Assembly: GCA_963666275.2 (NCBI GenBank)
Contig: CAXXOA010000001.1
Coordinates: 2,400,001-2,464,000, forward strand
Direction: 5' to 3'
From: Oceanispirochaeta sp.
GTDB taxonomy: Bacteria > Spirochaetota > Spirochaetia > DSM-2461
Length of the DNA stretch: 64,000 bases
This document shows positions 50,216 through 63,832 of this stretch, piece by piece; the first letter of the stretch is position 1; every line of letters begins with the position of its first letter. The notes below the pieces were generated by a model that was not told the DNA's origin, searched no databases, and saw only the letters and a program-made list of their open reading frames with translations. The position numbers were made by a program, and so were the translations under genes.

Positions 50216-51267
50216 CAGTAGGCCTCCTGCGTATACAAAAGATATCTGTTATCAAGGACAAGAGAGAAACCTCTCGCTGTTTTATTGAAATGAGAGAGGA
50301 CACCCTGCGCTTTATCCGAAAAAACAAGTTCCCCTGTAAAAGCTCTGGCTCTGATAAGGCTGCCCGAACGGGAGGTTTCTGCTGTCAGAGTCATATGCTG
50401 ATCCTCATCGGGCAGCATCTGAAGAAGATTCCCTTCCATTTCCAGCTCCTGAACCAGGCCTTCTTCATTGTAAAGCTGCACCTTACCCGGCTGTTCTACC
50501 CATACAGAGTAGTCCTCGTTGCCTATACTCAGCTTGACAGGCCTTACATAATGACTTGTCAGCGGAAAGCGGGCTATCTCCGTATAAACCAGTGGAGAGG
50601 ACTGGTGATACAATACAAGAACCTGATCATCCAGCCCGGAAAGGGCTACAAGAAATGAGGAATCCTCGGAAAGGGCCAGGCCGTAAACAACTTTGTCCTT
50701 TTCCGCTTCCTGGGAATCCAGAGAGGCCATTGTTCCGTCTTTTCTGAAAAAGTGTATCTGCCCGTCCAGAGTTCCGAATACCACAATCATGCTGCTGGCT
50801 GTCAAAGCTGTCACAGGTGAGACGCCCTCCCAGAACCAGAGGATTTCTCCTGATGTACTGACCTCCCGGAGCAGTGTCCCCGATGCATCGCTGATCAGGA
50901 AATGACCGTTGAAAATCATGGGATATCCGGGAATCTCAAACTCTATGGAATTCTTATTGGTCAGATTTACGAGAGTAGAGGTTATGCCGTCCGAGCTTGT
51001 GAAACTGTGACTGAGAGAGTAGTTCTGTCTGTACCCCTGTGCTTCATGAAGCATTGAGGGACCATGGGGCATCAGGACCCCTGAATAGGATCCGTTATGT
51101 ATCATTTCCGGGTCATCCAGCTGGGGGAAGGATTTTCCATCCGCCCGGGAGAGATCCTGAACCAGAGCGGGAGTCCAGACAATCTCCTTACCGCCGTCCA
51201 GGGGGAAGGAGAAGTAATACAGAACAAAAAGGATAGATAATAATGAGAAAAATAAGGATTTTTTCAT
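50215..51267 (-). CDS. Exported or membrane-anchored beta-propeller-like hypothetical protein
   Basis: N-terminal hydrophobic helix; WD/PQQ-like VFGTLDGQIHFF and VYGLALSEDSSFL. Confidence 0.6.
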   Translation of the reverse strand: MKKSLFFSLLSILFVLYYFSFPLDGGKEIVWTPALVQDLSRADGKSFPQLDDPEMIHNGSYSGVLMPHGPSMLHEAQGYRQNYSLSHSFTSSDGITSTLVNLTNKNSIEFEIPGYPMIFNGHFLISDASGTLLREVSTSGEILWFWEGVSPVTALTASSMIVVFGTLDGQIHFFRKDGTMASLDSQEAEKDKVVYGLALSEDSSFLVALSGLDDQVLVLYHQSSPLVYTEIARFPLTSHYVRPVKLSIGNEDYSVWVEQPGKVQLYNEEGLVQELEMEGNLLQMLPDEDQHMTLTAETSRSGSLIRARAFTGELVFSDKAQGVLSHFNKTARGFSLVLDNRYLLYTQEAY

Positions 51268-51347
51268 GCTCTCTCTACAAAAAACCGGCTGCTATTCATT
51301 ATACTTAGACCATAATAGAAATTATAAGCTCATTATGCAAGCGAGAT

Positions 51348-51755
51348 ATGAAGATGAATAAATATGAACTGATGGAAATTGCCAGGAACGCTGCGGAAGC
51401 ATCCTACTCACCCTACTCCCATTTTCGGGTGGGAGCTGCTCTTCTCTGCTCCAACGGGGAAATCATCACAGGGACCAATGTGGAAAACCGCTCCTTCGGA
51501 TTAACGATCTGCGCAGAAAGAGGAGCCCTGGTGTCTGCCGTGACCAGAGGGATTCAGTCTTTTGAAGCCCTGGCTGTTTCCTGCCCCGATGCGGATTACC
51601 CGGTTTCCCCCTGCGGTGCCTGCAGACAGGTTATAAGTGAATTTGTAGAAGCAGATTTCCCGGTCTATTTTCAGGGAGGAGAAGGTGAAATGGTCACCAG
51701 AACCATGACGGAACTCTTCCCCTCGGACGCTTTGAGTGAATTGAAAGAAAAATAA
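51348..51755 (+). CDS. cdd: Cytidine deaminase
   Basis: YSPYSHFRVGAAL, NVENRSFGLTICAER, SPCGACRQVISEF. Confidence 0.96.
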   Translation: MKMNKYELMEIARNAAEASYSPYSHFRVGAALLCSNGEIITGTNVENRSFGLTICAERGALVSAVTRGIQSFEALAVSCPDADYPVSPCGACRQVISEFVEADFPVYFQGGEGEMVTRTMTELFPSDALSELKEK

Positions 51756-51756
51756 C

Positions 51757-52581
51757 CTAACGTTCCAGACGTTTCAGGCGATCAGCATTTTCGCTGTTTT
51801 TGGCATCTGTATCCATTTTAGTCTTCCAGATGTCAATTTTTTTCTTAAGTTCCTCTATTTCTCTTTTCTGATTGGTAAGGGTAAAAAACCGTTTCAAAGC
51901 AGACAGATAGTTGATTGCCGTTTTAAAATCATCCATCCTGCCTGTGGAAAGCTCATATTTCATCCTGTAATTATCAGCGGCGCCCTGCAGTAGCCGGCAG
52001 GTCATTCTGAAATGCTCAACCCTTTCCCGGAAACCCTCGGAACGGGGGTCCATCCCGGGAACAAACTTTTTCAGGTCAATAACATTCTTGGCAAGAGTCG
52101 CCAGCCGGGCTTCCAGCTCGATAATCGACCATTTCCATTTGGAGTTTTCCCCGAATCCCTCTTTGACCGACTGAATGGAAAAACCCAGTTCCCGTATAAG
52201 CAGAAACCTTTCCGCATCAGGATAATCTTCCACTTTTTCAAGCTTGTCGGAATAGTCTCCGTAGGGCGCATCCAGGTAATCGGAAAAAACTTCCTCCAGA
52301 TAAATAATCACTTTATAGCAGGATTTTCTGGCATCATTGAGGAAGTTTTCATTTTTGATTCCCAGCAGCGAAATAGACAGCTGATTCATGAGAATAAAGT
52401 TGGAAATAATTGCCATATTCTCTTTGGCCAGAGAAATCTTCTGATACTCCGCGCCCTGCTCAGTGCTATTTATGATGGATTTCAGTTTTACTTCATTTTT
52501 AAGAGCATCCTCGATCTGCTTTTTATAGACCTTGATTCTCTCAAAATATTTTGTTCTTGCTTCTTCGCTGACTTTTGCCAT
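51757..52581 (-). CDS. Conserved hypothetical all-helical protein
   Basis: 274-aa ORF directly after recN; no family motif recognised. Confidence 0.75.
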   Translation of the reverse strand: MAKVSEEARTKYFERIKVYKKQIEDALKNEVKLKSIINSTEQGAEYQKISLAKENMAIISNFILMNQLSISLLGIKNENFLNDARKSCYKVIIYLEEVFSDYLDAPYGDYSDKLEKVEDYPDAERFLLIRELGFSIQSVKEGFGENSKWKWSIIELEARLATLAKNVIDLKKFVPGMDPRSEGFRERVEHFRMTCRLLQGAADNYRMKYELSTGRMDDFKTAINYLSALKRFFTLTNQKREIEELKKKIDIWKTKMDTDAKNSENADRLKRLER

Positions 52582-52592
52582 TCAATTACCTT

Positions 52593-54275
52593 TTAACCCG
52601 CAGCACTCTCCAGCAGGGACTGGGCATGTCTGACGGATGCGTCTCCCTGACTGTCACCTGAGAGCATACGGGCTATTTCAAAAACCTTCTTTTCTCCGTC
52701 TAAAGTATACAACTTCGTAATCGTACGGTCCAATGTATCGGTTTTTTCTACTTTTATATGATTATCGGCATAAACTGCAATTGAAGCAAGATGAGTTATA
52801 CACAATATCTGATTGAACCGGGAGAGCTTTTTCATATGCATCCCGATAGACTGGGCGACTTCCCCTCCTATCCCGGCATCTATTTCATCAAAAACAAGGA
52901 CAGGAATACTGTCACTGCCTGCCAGTGCTGTCTTGATGGCCAGCATAACCCGGGAGATTTCACCTCCCGAAGCCACCTGCCGCAGCGGTTTGAGAGGTTC
53001 GCCTCTGTTGGCTGAAAAAAGGAACTCAACCCTGTCGATTCCCGTGACCCCGCAGAGGTTCTGACCTGTCTCGCTTTTCCGCCCTGTAATGTCTATGGAA
53101 AACTCTGCAGATCCCATTCCCAGCTCCCGGAGCATGTCTCTGACGCTCTGCTCCAGAACAGCGGCTTTCTCTTTTCGCCCGGCGGAGAGGATCTGGGCAT
53201 TGCTTATCAGCTCCTCCTCCATGGAGGCTCTCTTTTTTTCCAGTTCCTTCAGATTGGTTTCACCGCCGGACAGATTCTCAAGTCGTTCCTTGCTCTTTAC
53301 CACGTATTCCTGAAGAGCTTCATAGCCGGGAGCATACTTTCTGTAAATCTTTTTAATCTCAGCCAAACGGTCTTCGAGCTCTTCTTTCTCTCGGGGATCA
53401 AAGATCAGGGAATCCCGGGTAGATTGAATGGTTTCCACAATATCCTCCAGCTCATAGAAGGCATTGGAAAAACGCTGTTCTACAGCTGAAAATTCAGAAT
53501 TCAGATTCTTGAGATCCTCCAGAGCCGCCCCGGACTTTCGGAGAAGGCTCAAAGCGCCGCCCCTGCTTTCAGGCATAAGATTCAAAAAAGATTCTACCAG
53601 GGAATAAAGCTGCTGGGACTGATTCATCAGCTTGAGACGGGAACGGATATCATCCTCCTCCCCTTCCTGAATAGCAGCCTTCTCAATCTCTTCCAGACTG
53701 AAGCTCAGGAGCTCCATCTCCTCATCTTTATCCTGAAGGGCCGTTTTCAGCATACGGATCTCTTCGGTCAGCTCCTTCAGAGCATGGAAACGCCCGGAAA
53801 TTTCCTGTACTTTCTCTTCCAGGCTGCCGTATCTGTCCAGAAAACGGCGATGAAAATCAATATGAAACAGTGTCTGATGATCATGCTGCCCATGGACATC
53901 AACAAGAAGCTTACCCAGCTCAGAAAGTTCGTTCAGCGGAAAAGGCCTGGCCTGAATGGATATCTTTCCCCGGCCTGAACTTTTCAGAGTTCTACGGATT
54001 ATAAGCTGGTCTTCCTGAGGATCAAGATCATGACTTTCAAGCCAGAGCCTCACATCTTCCGACACGATATCAAAAACACCTGTAATATCTGCTTCCTCCT
54101 TGCCTGTACGAATCAGGGAGGAGTCACCTTTGCCGCCCAGTATCAGACCCAGCGCTCCTATGAGAACAGATTTTCCCGCACCGGTCTCCCCGGTCAGAAT
54201 ATTCAGCCCCTTTGAAAAATCGACGATGCATTCATCAATCAGGGCAAAATTTCTAATATGGAGTTCATCAATCAT
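52593..54275 (-). CDS. recN: DNA repair protein RecN
   Basis: LTGETGAGKS, VHGQHDHQ, VASGGEISR, FDEIDAGIGG, ITHL. Confidence 0.97.
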   Translation of the reverse strand: MIDELHIRNFALIDECIVDFSKGLNILTGETGAGKSVLIGALGLILGGKGDSSLIRTGKEEADITGVFDIVSEDVRLWLESHDLDPQEDQLIIRRTLKSSGRGKISIQARPFPLNELSELGKLLVDVHGQHDHQTLFHIDFHRRFLDRYGSLEEKVQEISGRFHALKELTEEIRMLKTALQDKDEEMELLSFSLEEIEKAAIQEGEEDDIRSRLKLMNQSQQLYSLVESFLNLMPESRGGALSLLRKSGAALEDLKNLNSEFSAVEQRFSNAFYELEDIVETIQSTRDSLIFDPREKEELEDRLAEIKKIYRKYAPGYEALQEYVVKSKERLENLSGGETNLKELEKKRASMEEELISNAQILSAGRKEKAAVLEQSVRDMLRELGMGSAEFSIDITGRKSETGQNLCGVTGIDRVEFLFSANRGEPLKPLRQVASGGEISRVMLAIKTALAGSDSIPVLVFDEIDAGIGGEVAQSIGMHMKKLSRFNQILCITHLASIAVYADNHIKVEKTDTLDRTITKLYTLDGEKKVFEIARMLSGDSQGDASVRHAQSLLESAAG

Positions 54276-55122
54276 GAGGGCCTCCTTTCCAGCCCAGTTT
54301 CATTCTTACAACTTCATAAAAATTCCGTCTCCGGAATGAGATAATATTCGCAGTGCAGAGATTCCTTCGTACAACGACCTGATCGCCCGGCAGGAGAGGA
54401 ATGACATCCTGCCCATCGATCGTCAAAAGAACCTTGGTTCTCTGTTTTTTCTTCACGATCACAGTGATCTCCTCCTGAGCGGGGACAACCAGTGGTCTGT
54501 TTGAGAGCGTGAATGGGTTGATAGGATTGACAATGACAGCGGCCAGTTCGGGATGAAGGATAGGCCCCCCGGCGGCCATGGAATAGGCCGTAGAACCTGT
54601 GGGAGTCGACAGGATTATCCCGTCAGCCCTGTATTCAATTACTTCCTGGTCAGAAATATTGACTTTCAGATTAACAATTTTTGCCCGTCCAGTAGAAGTA
54701 ATGACAGTATCGTTCAGACAGCAGCGGTTTTCGACAACCTTACCGTCCCGAAAAACATTAATATTAAGCATAATTCTCTGACTGATGACCATACCTCCTG
54801 AAAGGTAGGTCTCAATGGCTTCCTGCCACTCTCCGGAACTGACTTCAGCCAGAAACCCGAATGTCCCCAGATTCACTGCAAGGATCGGAATATTCAATCC
54901 TGCCGTCAGTCTGGCACTATAGAGGACAGTGCCATCCCCACCCAGAACAATAACAAGATCGACACCAGCGGGCTCATAGATTTCAGGTTTACCCTTAAAG
55001 AAGTGTTTTTCTATTATTATGGATTTCTTTGACAGATACGCCTCTATTTCATGAGAGAGCTCATAGGAGCCGTGTTTCGAAAGATTGGCGATTATCAGAA
55101 CTTTATTTATTTCTCGCTTCAT
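54268..55122 (-). CDS. nadK: NAD(+) kinase
   Basis: LGGDGTVL, NLGTFGFL, ADGIILSTPTGSTAYSMAAGGP. Confidence 0.97.
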   Translation of the reverse strand: MKREINKVLIIANLSKHGSYELSHEIEAYLSKKSIIIEKHFFKGKPEIYEPAGVDLVIVLGGDGTVLYSARLTAGLNIPILAVNLGTFGFLAEVSSGEWQEAIETYLSGGMVISQRIMLNINVFRDGKVVENRCCLNDTVITSTGRAKIVNLKVNISDQEVIEYRADGIILSTPTGSTAYSMAAGGPILHPELAAVIVNPINPFTLSNRPLVVPAQEEITVIVKKKQRTKVLLTIDGQDVIPLLPGDQVVVRRNLCTANIISFRRRNFYEVVRMKLGWKGGPHD

Positions 55123-55136
55123 ACTCTGCCCTTATT

Positions 55137-56162
55137 TTAGGGTAAAGTGGCAAGTACACGGCTGATCAGATCACTGTTCTGCCTTCCCAATGAAGGATAA
55201 AGGGGAAACAGAATGCAGTTCAACACCAGGGTTTCTGCTTCAGGACACTGAAAGTCACCGGTATCACCGTCTTCCAGGCAGCATCCTCTGAACGCCAGGG
55301 TTGTTTCTATGTTTTTTTTCAATCCGTAAGCCTGTATCTCTTTTACTTTACCGTTAACAAGAACCGGCATACAGCCGTAGTAGGCTGTCCCCTCTTCCTG
55401 AATATTCAGGTATCCATGACGGCTCTTCATTAGTGATGATAAGAATAACTCATGTAATTCCCGCCGTAATTCAAAACTTTTCTCGAATTCCTTCATTTGA
55501 ACCAGAGCGAGAGCGGCATTCATATCCGGAAGCAGCACAGACCGGTCATATTTCCGGATTATTTCTTCAAGCAGGGAAAAGTCCGCTTTGTCCCGTACCA
55601 TCAAAGCAGTCCCACCGCCGGAGGTGATCAGATCGTCCGCTTCCATACGCATGATAACAATATCGCCCATACTGCCGGCAGTATAATCACCGGACCGACT
55701 GGCGAAATTCTGCGTTATATCCTCAATTATTTTAACCCCGGCAATTTCCCAGTCGGAAAAGTCCCACTGATAACCGAAATGCCCGTACAGGAGGATTCCC
55801 CTTGTCTTTTCATTGACCTTATCCAGAATATCATCCAGATCGGGAACAGCCGTATGAGCCTCGGGATCAATAAAGACTGGTGTCATTCCTGCTTTTTTCA
55901 GGGCCCTCAGATAGGCGGCCGGAACCAGAGGAGAGAGTATAAACTCATCCCCTTCCTGAACCTCAAGTAGAGAGAACGCTATTTCTATGGTCCTTTCATA
56001 TTCACGGAAAAAATGACATCCGCAACAGTTGGTCCGTTCATTCAGAACCTGTGCTGCCTCTTCAGAAACAGTACCCGGACCGATCTGGTCAGAAACAAGG
56101 CATGTGAGCACCGAGTCCATCTCTTTTCGCTTAATGGAAGGTTTATATACTGGAATAGACAT
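55137..56162 (-). CDS. DegT/DnrJ/EryC1/StrS-fold protein lacking the catalytic lysine
   Basis: GDEFILSP, PVFIDP, KTRGILLYGHFG, IIEDITQ, AGSMGD, ITSGGG, LFPLYPSL; the Lys site reads MEADDLIT. Confidence 0.8.
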   Translation of the reverse strand: MSIPVYKPSIKRKEMDSVLTCLVSDQIGPGTVSEEAAQVLNERTNCCGCHFFREYERTIEIAFSLLEVQEGDEFILSPLVPAAYLRALKKAGMTPVFIDPEAHTAVPDLDDILDKVNEKTRGILLYGHFGYQWDFSDWEIAGVKIIEDITQNFASRSGDYTAGSMGDIVIMRMEADDLITSGGGTALMVRDKADFSLLEEIIRKYDRSVLLPDMNAALALVQMKEFEKSFELRRELHELFLSSLMKSRHGYLNIQEEGTAYYGCMPVLVNGKVKEIQAYGLKKNIETTLAFRGCCLEDGDTGDFQCPEAETLVLNCILFPLYPSLGRQNSDLISRVLATLP

Positions 56163-56166
56163 TGTT

Positions 56167-56643
56167 TCAGTTTTTGTGAATTAAACCAATCTGCTGCAGT
56201 TCTTCAGGATCAAAAAGCCTTCTGATATCAAGAATGATAAGATATCCGGTTTCCTGGTGATAAACACCCTGAATATACTCTGTACCTATACCTTTTATCA
56301 TCTGGGGAGGAGGCTGTATCTGGTCTTTATTAATGGTGACAACCCGGAGAACCTTGTCAATTATTACACCCAGCTGCATTCCGTCCAGATTAATAATAAT
56401 AAACCCGCTCAGGAGAGCTTCATCTTCAGTCAGTTCCGCTTTACGCAGATGAAATCTCTTATGCAGATTGATTACAGGTATAATATCACCTCTGAGATTG
56501 AAGATACCTTCAACATAAGAAGGAGCATTCGGTATGTCACGCACTTCCTGGATGCTGTAGATTTCTTTAACATCCATTATATCTATACCGTAGTTCTCTT
56601 CTCCAAGCTGAAAAGTGACAAGCTGTAAAGTTGTGTCTATCAT
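56167..56643 (-). CDS. cheW: Chemotaxis coupling protein CheW
   Basis: QLVTFQLGEENYGIDI..VKEI, IPNAPSYVEGIFNLRGDIIPVINL; start ATG 56643 (GGAG SD) or 56658. Confidence 0.96.
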   Translation of the reverse strand: MIDTTLQLVTFQLGEENYGIDIMDVKEIYSIQEVRDIPNAPSYVEGIFNLRGDIIPVINLHKRFHLRKAELTEDEALLSGFIIINLDGMQLGVIIDKVLRVVTINKDQIQPPPQMIKGIGTEYIQGVYHQETGYLIILDIRRLFDPEELQQIGLIHKN

Positions 56644-56730
56644 GGTGGTTACTCCCATTTCCTATTATGTTCGATATCTATCTTTAAATCAATTATGAAA
56701 TTCAAATTATAGTTGCTATTGAATTCTAAC

Positions 56731-57360
56731 TCAAGGAGCTGGTTTTAAAATAGATTTTTCAAGAACAGAAAAGATATTTTCATACAATATCAGCGAATAT
56801 TCCCGTATCCTTTTTTTGAATTCTGATTTTGCAGATGAGTCCGCCATGTCAGTGACAATCCTGAAACCGTCCCATTTACAACCCCATCGTGCCGCAAGTG
56901 AAGCTGCATGGAAGGACTCCATAGAACAGATATCCGCTTTGTATCGTCTATGAAGCTGATCCCTTCTTTCTGACATTGTGACAGGTTGATCAACTTCAAG
57001 AAAACAGGCCTGTACAAAGGCACTCCCTTGTAGAATTTGAGAGGCTGTATAAGTGAATCCCTCTTCAGAAAGGGCAGAGGTCGATTGAACCAGACAACCC
57101 TGAGGCAGCGCATCATTCAAACTGCCACAGCTGCCGGAATCAATAATAATATCAGGGCATACAAGATCCAGAATCGTCTTTTCATCTATCAGAAAGGAAA
57201 ATCCGATACCTGTCATTAAAATAAAAATATTACTGTTTCTGAAGCGCCGCCTGGCAAGCCTCATTTTCCCGGGGGGCCCCACAGGAATCTCTGTGGCGGC
57301 AAATACTTCCCGTGCTGCATGATATTCAGTTTTAACGGGAGCAATGACTAATACATTCAC
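56731..57360 (-). CDS. Nucleoside phosphorylase/MTA-SAH nucleosidase superfamily protein
   Basis: TGIG, IIDSGSCGSL, SMES, RIVTDMAD; own promoter TTGGAA-N16-TATAAT upstream. Confidence 0.75.
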   Translation of the reverse strand: MNVLVIAPVKTEYHAAREVFAATEIPVGPPGKMRLARRRFRNSNIFILMTGIGFSFLIDEKTILDLVCPDIIIDSGSCGSLNDALPQGCLVQSTSALSEEGFTYTASQILQGSAFVQACFLEVDQPVTMSERRDQLHRRYKADICSMESFHAASLAARWGCKWDGFRIVTDMADSSAKSEFKKRIREYSLILYENIFSVLEKSILKPAP

Positions 57361-57567
57361 AACAGACTCCTCTGTGAAACCAGTAACATTATTATAGCAA
57401 ATAAACCCGCATTTCCAAGACCGAGTGTTAGATAAACCAGCGACTCCTCCGCTCCTTCGTTGCTCCCGATGTTGCGTTCCTCGTTCCTGCGGCTAGTCAC
57501 AAGCAAGCTTGCTGCCCGCCCATGCATCCGTTGGTATGCAACGGCTTTGTTCTTCGCAACGGATTAT

Positions 57568-57602
57568 AAAAAGAAAAAGCCCCTGATCCTGAGATCAGGG
57601 GC
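57568..57602 (-). terminator. rrn operon terminator
   Basis: - strand GCCCCTGATC-tcag-GATCAGGGGC followed by TTTTTCTTTTT, just after 5S. Confidence 0.9.
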
Positions 57603-57609
57603 GAAATGA

Positions 57610-57717
57610 ACTGGCGACGACCTACTCTCCCACCGTAGCAGTACCATCGGCGCAGTTGAGCTTGACTTCCGTGTTCGGGATGGGAACGGGTATAACCTCA
57701 ACGCAATAGCCACCAGA
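57610..57717 (-). rRNA. rrf: 5S rRNA
   Basis: Reverse complement contains CCCGTTCCCATCCCGAACACGGAAGTCAAG, GCCGATGGTACT and GGGAGAGTAGG; ends approximate. Confidence 0.95.
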
Positions 57718-57825
57718 TAATAATCTCACCAAGGCCAAAGCCCTGATAAGAAGCATTCATCTTTCATAAACTCGTAGCTTACAAAGCGATTGCATTTTAT
57801 ATAAATGAAGAGATAAATAATAATA

Positions 57826-60759
<2,934 letters not shown>

Positions 60760-60893
60760 TATTATTATTTATCCCTTCGCTATTACCTATTTAAAAGATC
60801 CGCAAGAGTAAAGTCTCATGCATCTCCCGCCTCTTTTCAAGAAAATCGGCGTAAAAAAAGTTTGATCCTCAGAAGAAACAAACTTCGTTTTTA

Positions 60894-60967
<74 letters not shown>

Positions 60968-61182
60968 TGGTTAAACATGGCCTTCACCTGATGGCTAAAG
61001 CCTTTTTTAAGAAATTACATTAACGAGATCGTTCCTCAGCACTTCGTGCCTGCGGTACGACTCGGTGGGAAATTAGAAGTAGTTGACGAAAGCCAAGCCA
61101 TATATGATTAGTAGTGCACCGATTGCTCAGTGACTCACTGCCTTTAAGTGTACAAACTCAAGGTCTTTATACCTTTCACGCT

Positions 61183-62722
<1,540 letters not shown>

Positions 62723-63020
62723 ATATAATTTATCCACCGAAGTGGATAAGTTCGTATCAAAGCTTCAAAACAGATACTGTCGAATGTAATCATCCTGATC
62801 CGTTTCAAAGTGAGCCAGATTCCCTTTATCTCTAAAAGAAAACTAACGAGATTCCGTACCACAGGCATTTGTGCCGAGGAACGGAATCTTAATGGTCACG
62901 GCTTCAGATAAACCTTAACCGAACCATAGTGGGCGGACCGTCAATCTAAAAAGATCAGCGATCCGAACATACTACCAATCATTGCGATCCCCGGCACAAG
63001 TGCCTGTGATTCGCAATGGA

Positions 63021-63050
63021 CTTGACTTTCGTCAAATACTTCAATTTCCC
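63021..63050 (-). other. 5' arm of the 16S processing stem (pairs with 61067-61097)
   Basis: cttgactttcgtcaaatacttcaatttccc is nearly the reverse complement of gggaaattagaagtagttgacgaaagccaag. Confidence 0.8.
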
Positions 63051-63062
63051 TTCTCTAATTCC

Positions 63063-63076
63063 TTTGTAAAAGAACA
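63063..63076 (-). promoter_or_regulatory. rrn antitermination boxA
   Basis: - strand TGTTCTTTTACAA; a second boxA-like GATCTTTTAAAT lies at about 60789-60800 before 23S. Confidence 0.7.
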
Positions 63077-63120
63077 TTTAGTTCTGTGCGTCCGCTGCTG
63101 TACTGCCCGAACGCTCCGTG

Positions 63121-63150
63121 AATATAACGTTTATTCGCTTTTTTTGTCAA
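63121..63150 (-). promoter_or_regulatory. rrn sigma70 promoter
   Basis: - strand TTGACA-N18-TATATT with an AT-rich upstream tract. Confidence 0.7.
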
Positions 63151-63189
63151 CAGGAAATGCAAAAAAAACTTAGACTTTTATGTATTTCA

Positions 63190-63783
63190 TTACTCTTTAA
63201 TAAATTGCTTCATCGTGTCCGTTTTAAGGAAAAGCCGCAGGTAATCTAGGAAGGAAATGACCGAACTTGCCGCTGCCAGAATAAAGATAATCTTTCCCGC
63301 CAGGATCAGCTGACTTATATGGGCTGTCATCTCCAGGGATTGGAGCGTCAGAATGAACATAGCAAAGATCCCAGAGATAAAATAGAAAACAGCTTTGGCC
63401 TTCCCTCCGCTTTTTGCGGCAAGGGCTGTTCCCTCTTTTGCCATGACCATCCGTATAAACATAATACAGAACTCTCTCCAGACAATAACAATCATAGCCC
63501 ATAAAGGCATAAGACCGGCTGCAGTAAAACAGATGAAGTAGGTTACCCTGCTGAGAACATCAGAGAAAGGATCAAGGATTTTCCCGATATCGGAGACAAG
63601 ATTACGGGATCTGGCGATATGGCCGTCAAGAACATCGGATATTTCAATGACAATCTGGACTACCCAGAGAACAATTATCCACATAAGGGAAAGATTGCCC
63701 CTTAAAATTGTCAAAGCAAAGATAAGAAAAAATACGGGTGTCAGGAAGATCCTTCCGACTGTCAGTTTGTTTGGTAAATTCAT
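63190..63783 (-). CDS. pgsA: CDP-diacylglycerol--glycerol-3-phosphate 3-phosphatidyltransferase
   Basis: MNLPNKLT..RI; SDVLDGHIARSRNLVSDIGKILDPFSD CDP-alcohol motif. Confidence 0.95.
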   Translation of the reverse strand: MNLPNKLTVGRIFLTPVFFLIFALTILRGNLSLMWIIVLWVVQIVIEISDVLDGHIARSRNLVSDIGKILDPFSDVLSRVTYFICFTAAGLMPLWAMIVIVWREFCIMFIRMVMAKEGTALAAKSGGKAKAVFYFISGIFAMFILTLQSLEMTAHISQLILAGKIIFILAAASSVISFLDYLRLFLKTDTMKQFIKE

Positions 63784-63789
63784 AGGCAA

Positions 63790-63818
63790 ATCTTAAGTAA
63801 CTGCCGGCTCACTGTCAA
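63790..63818 (-). promoter_or_regulatory. sigma70 promoter of pgsA (probably leaderless transcript)
   Basis: - strand TTGACA-N17-TAAGAT-ttgcct-ATG. Confidence 0.7.
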
Positions 63819-63832
63819 CGCTGAAAACTCTA

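Noticed and set aside
57438..57562. Riboswitch for the nucleosidase-like gene
   Set aside because: The gene's apparent promoter lies downstream of the structure, and I recognised no SAM, SAH or purine aptamer consensus.
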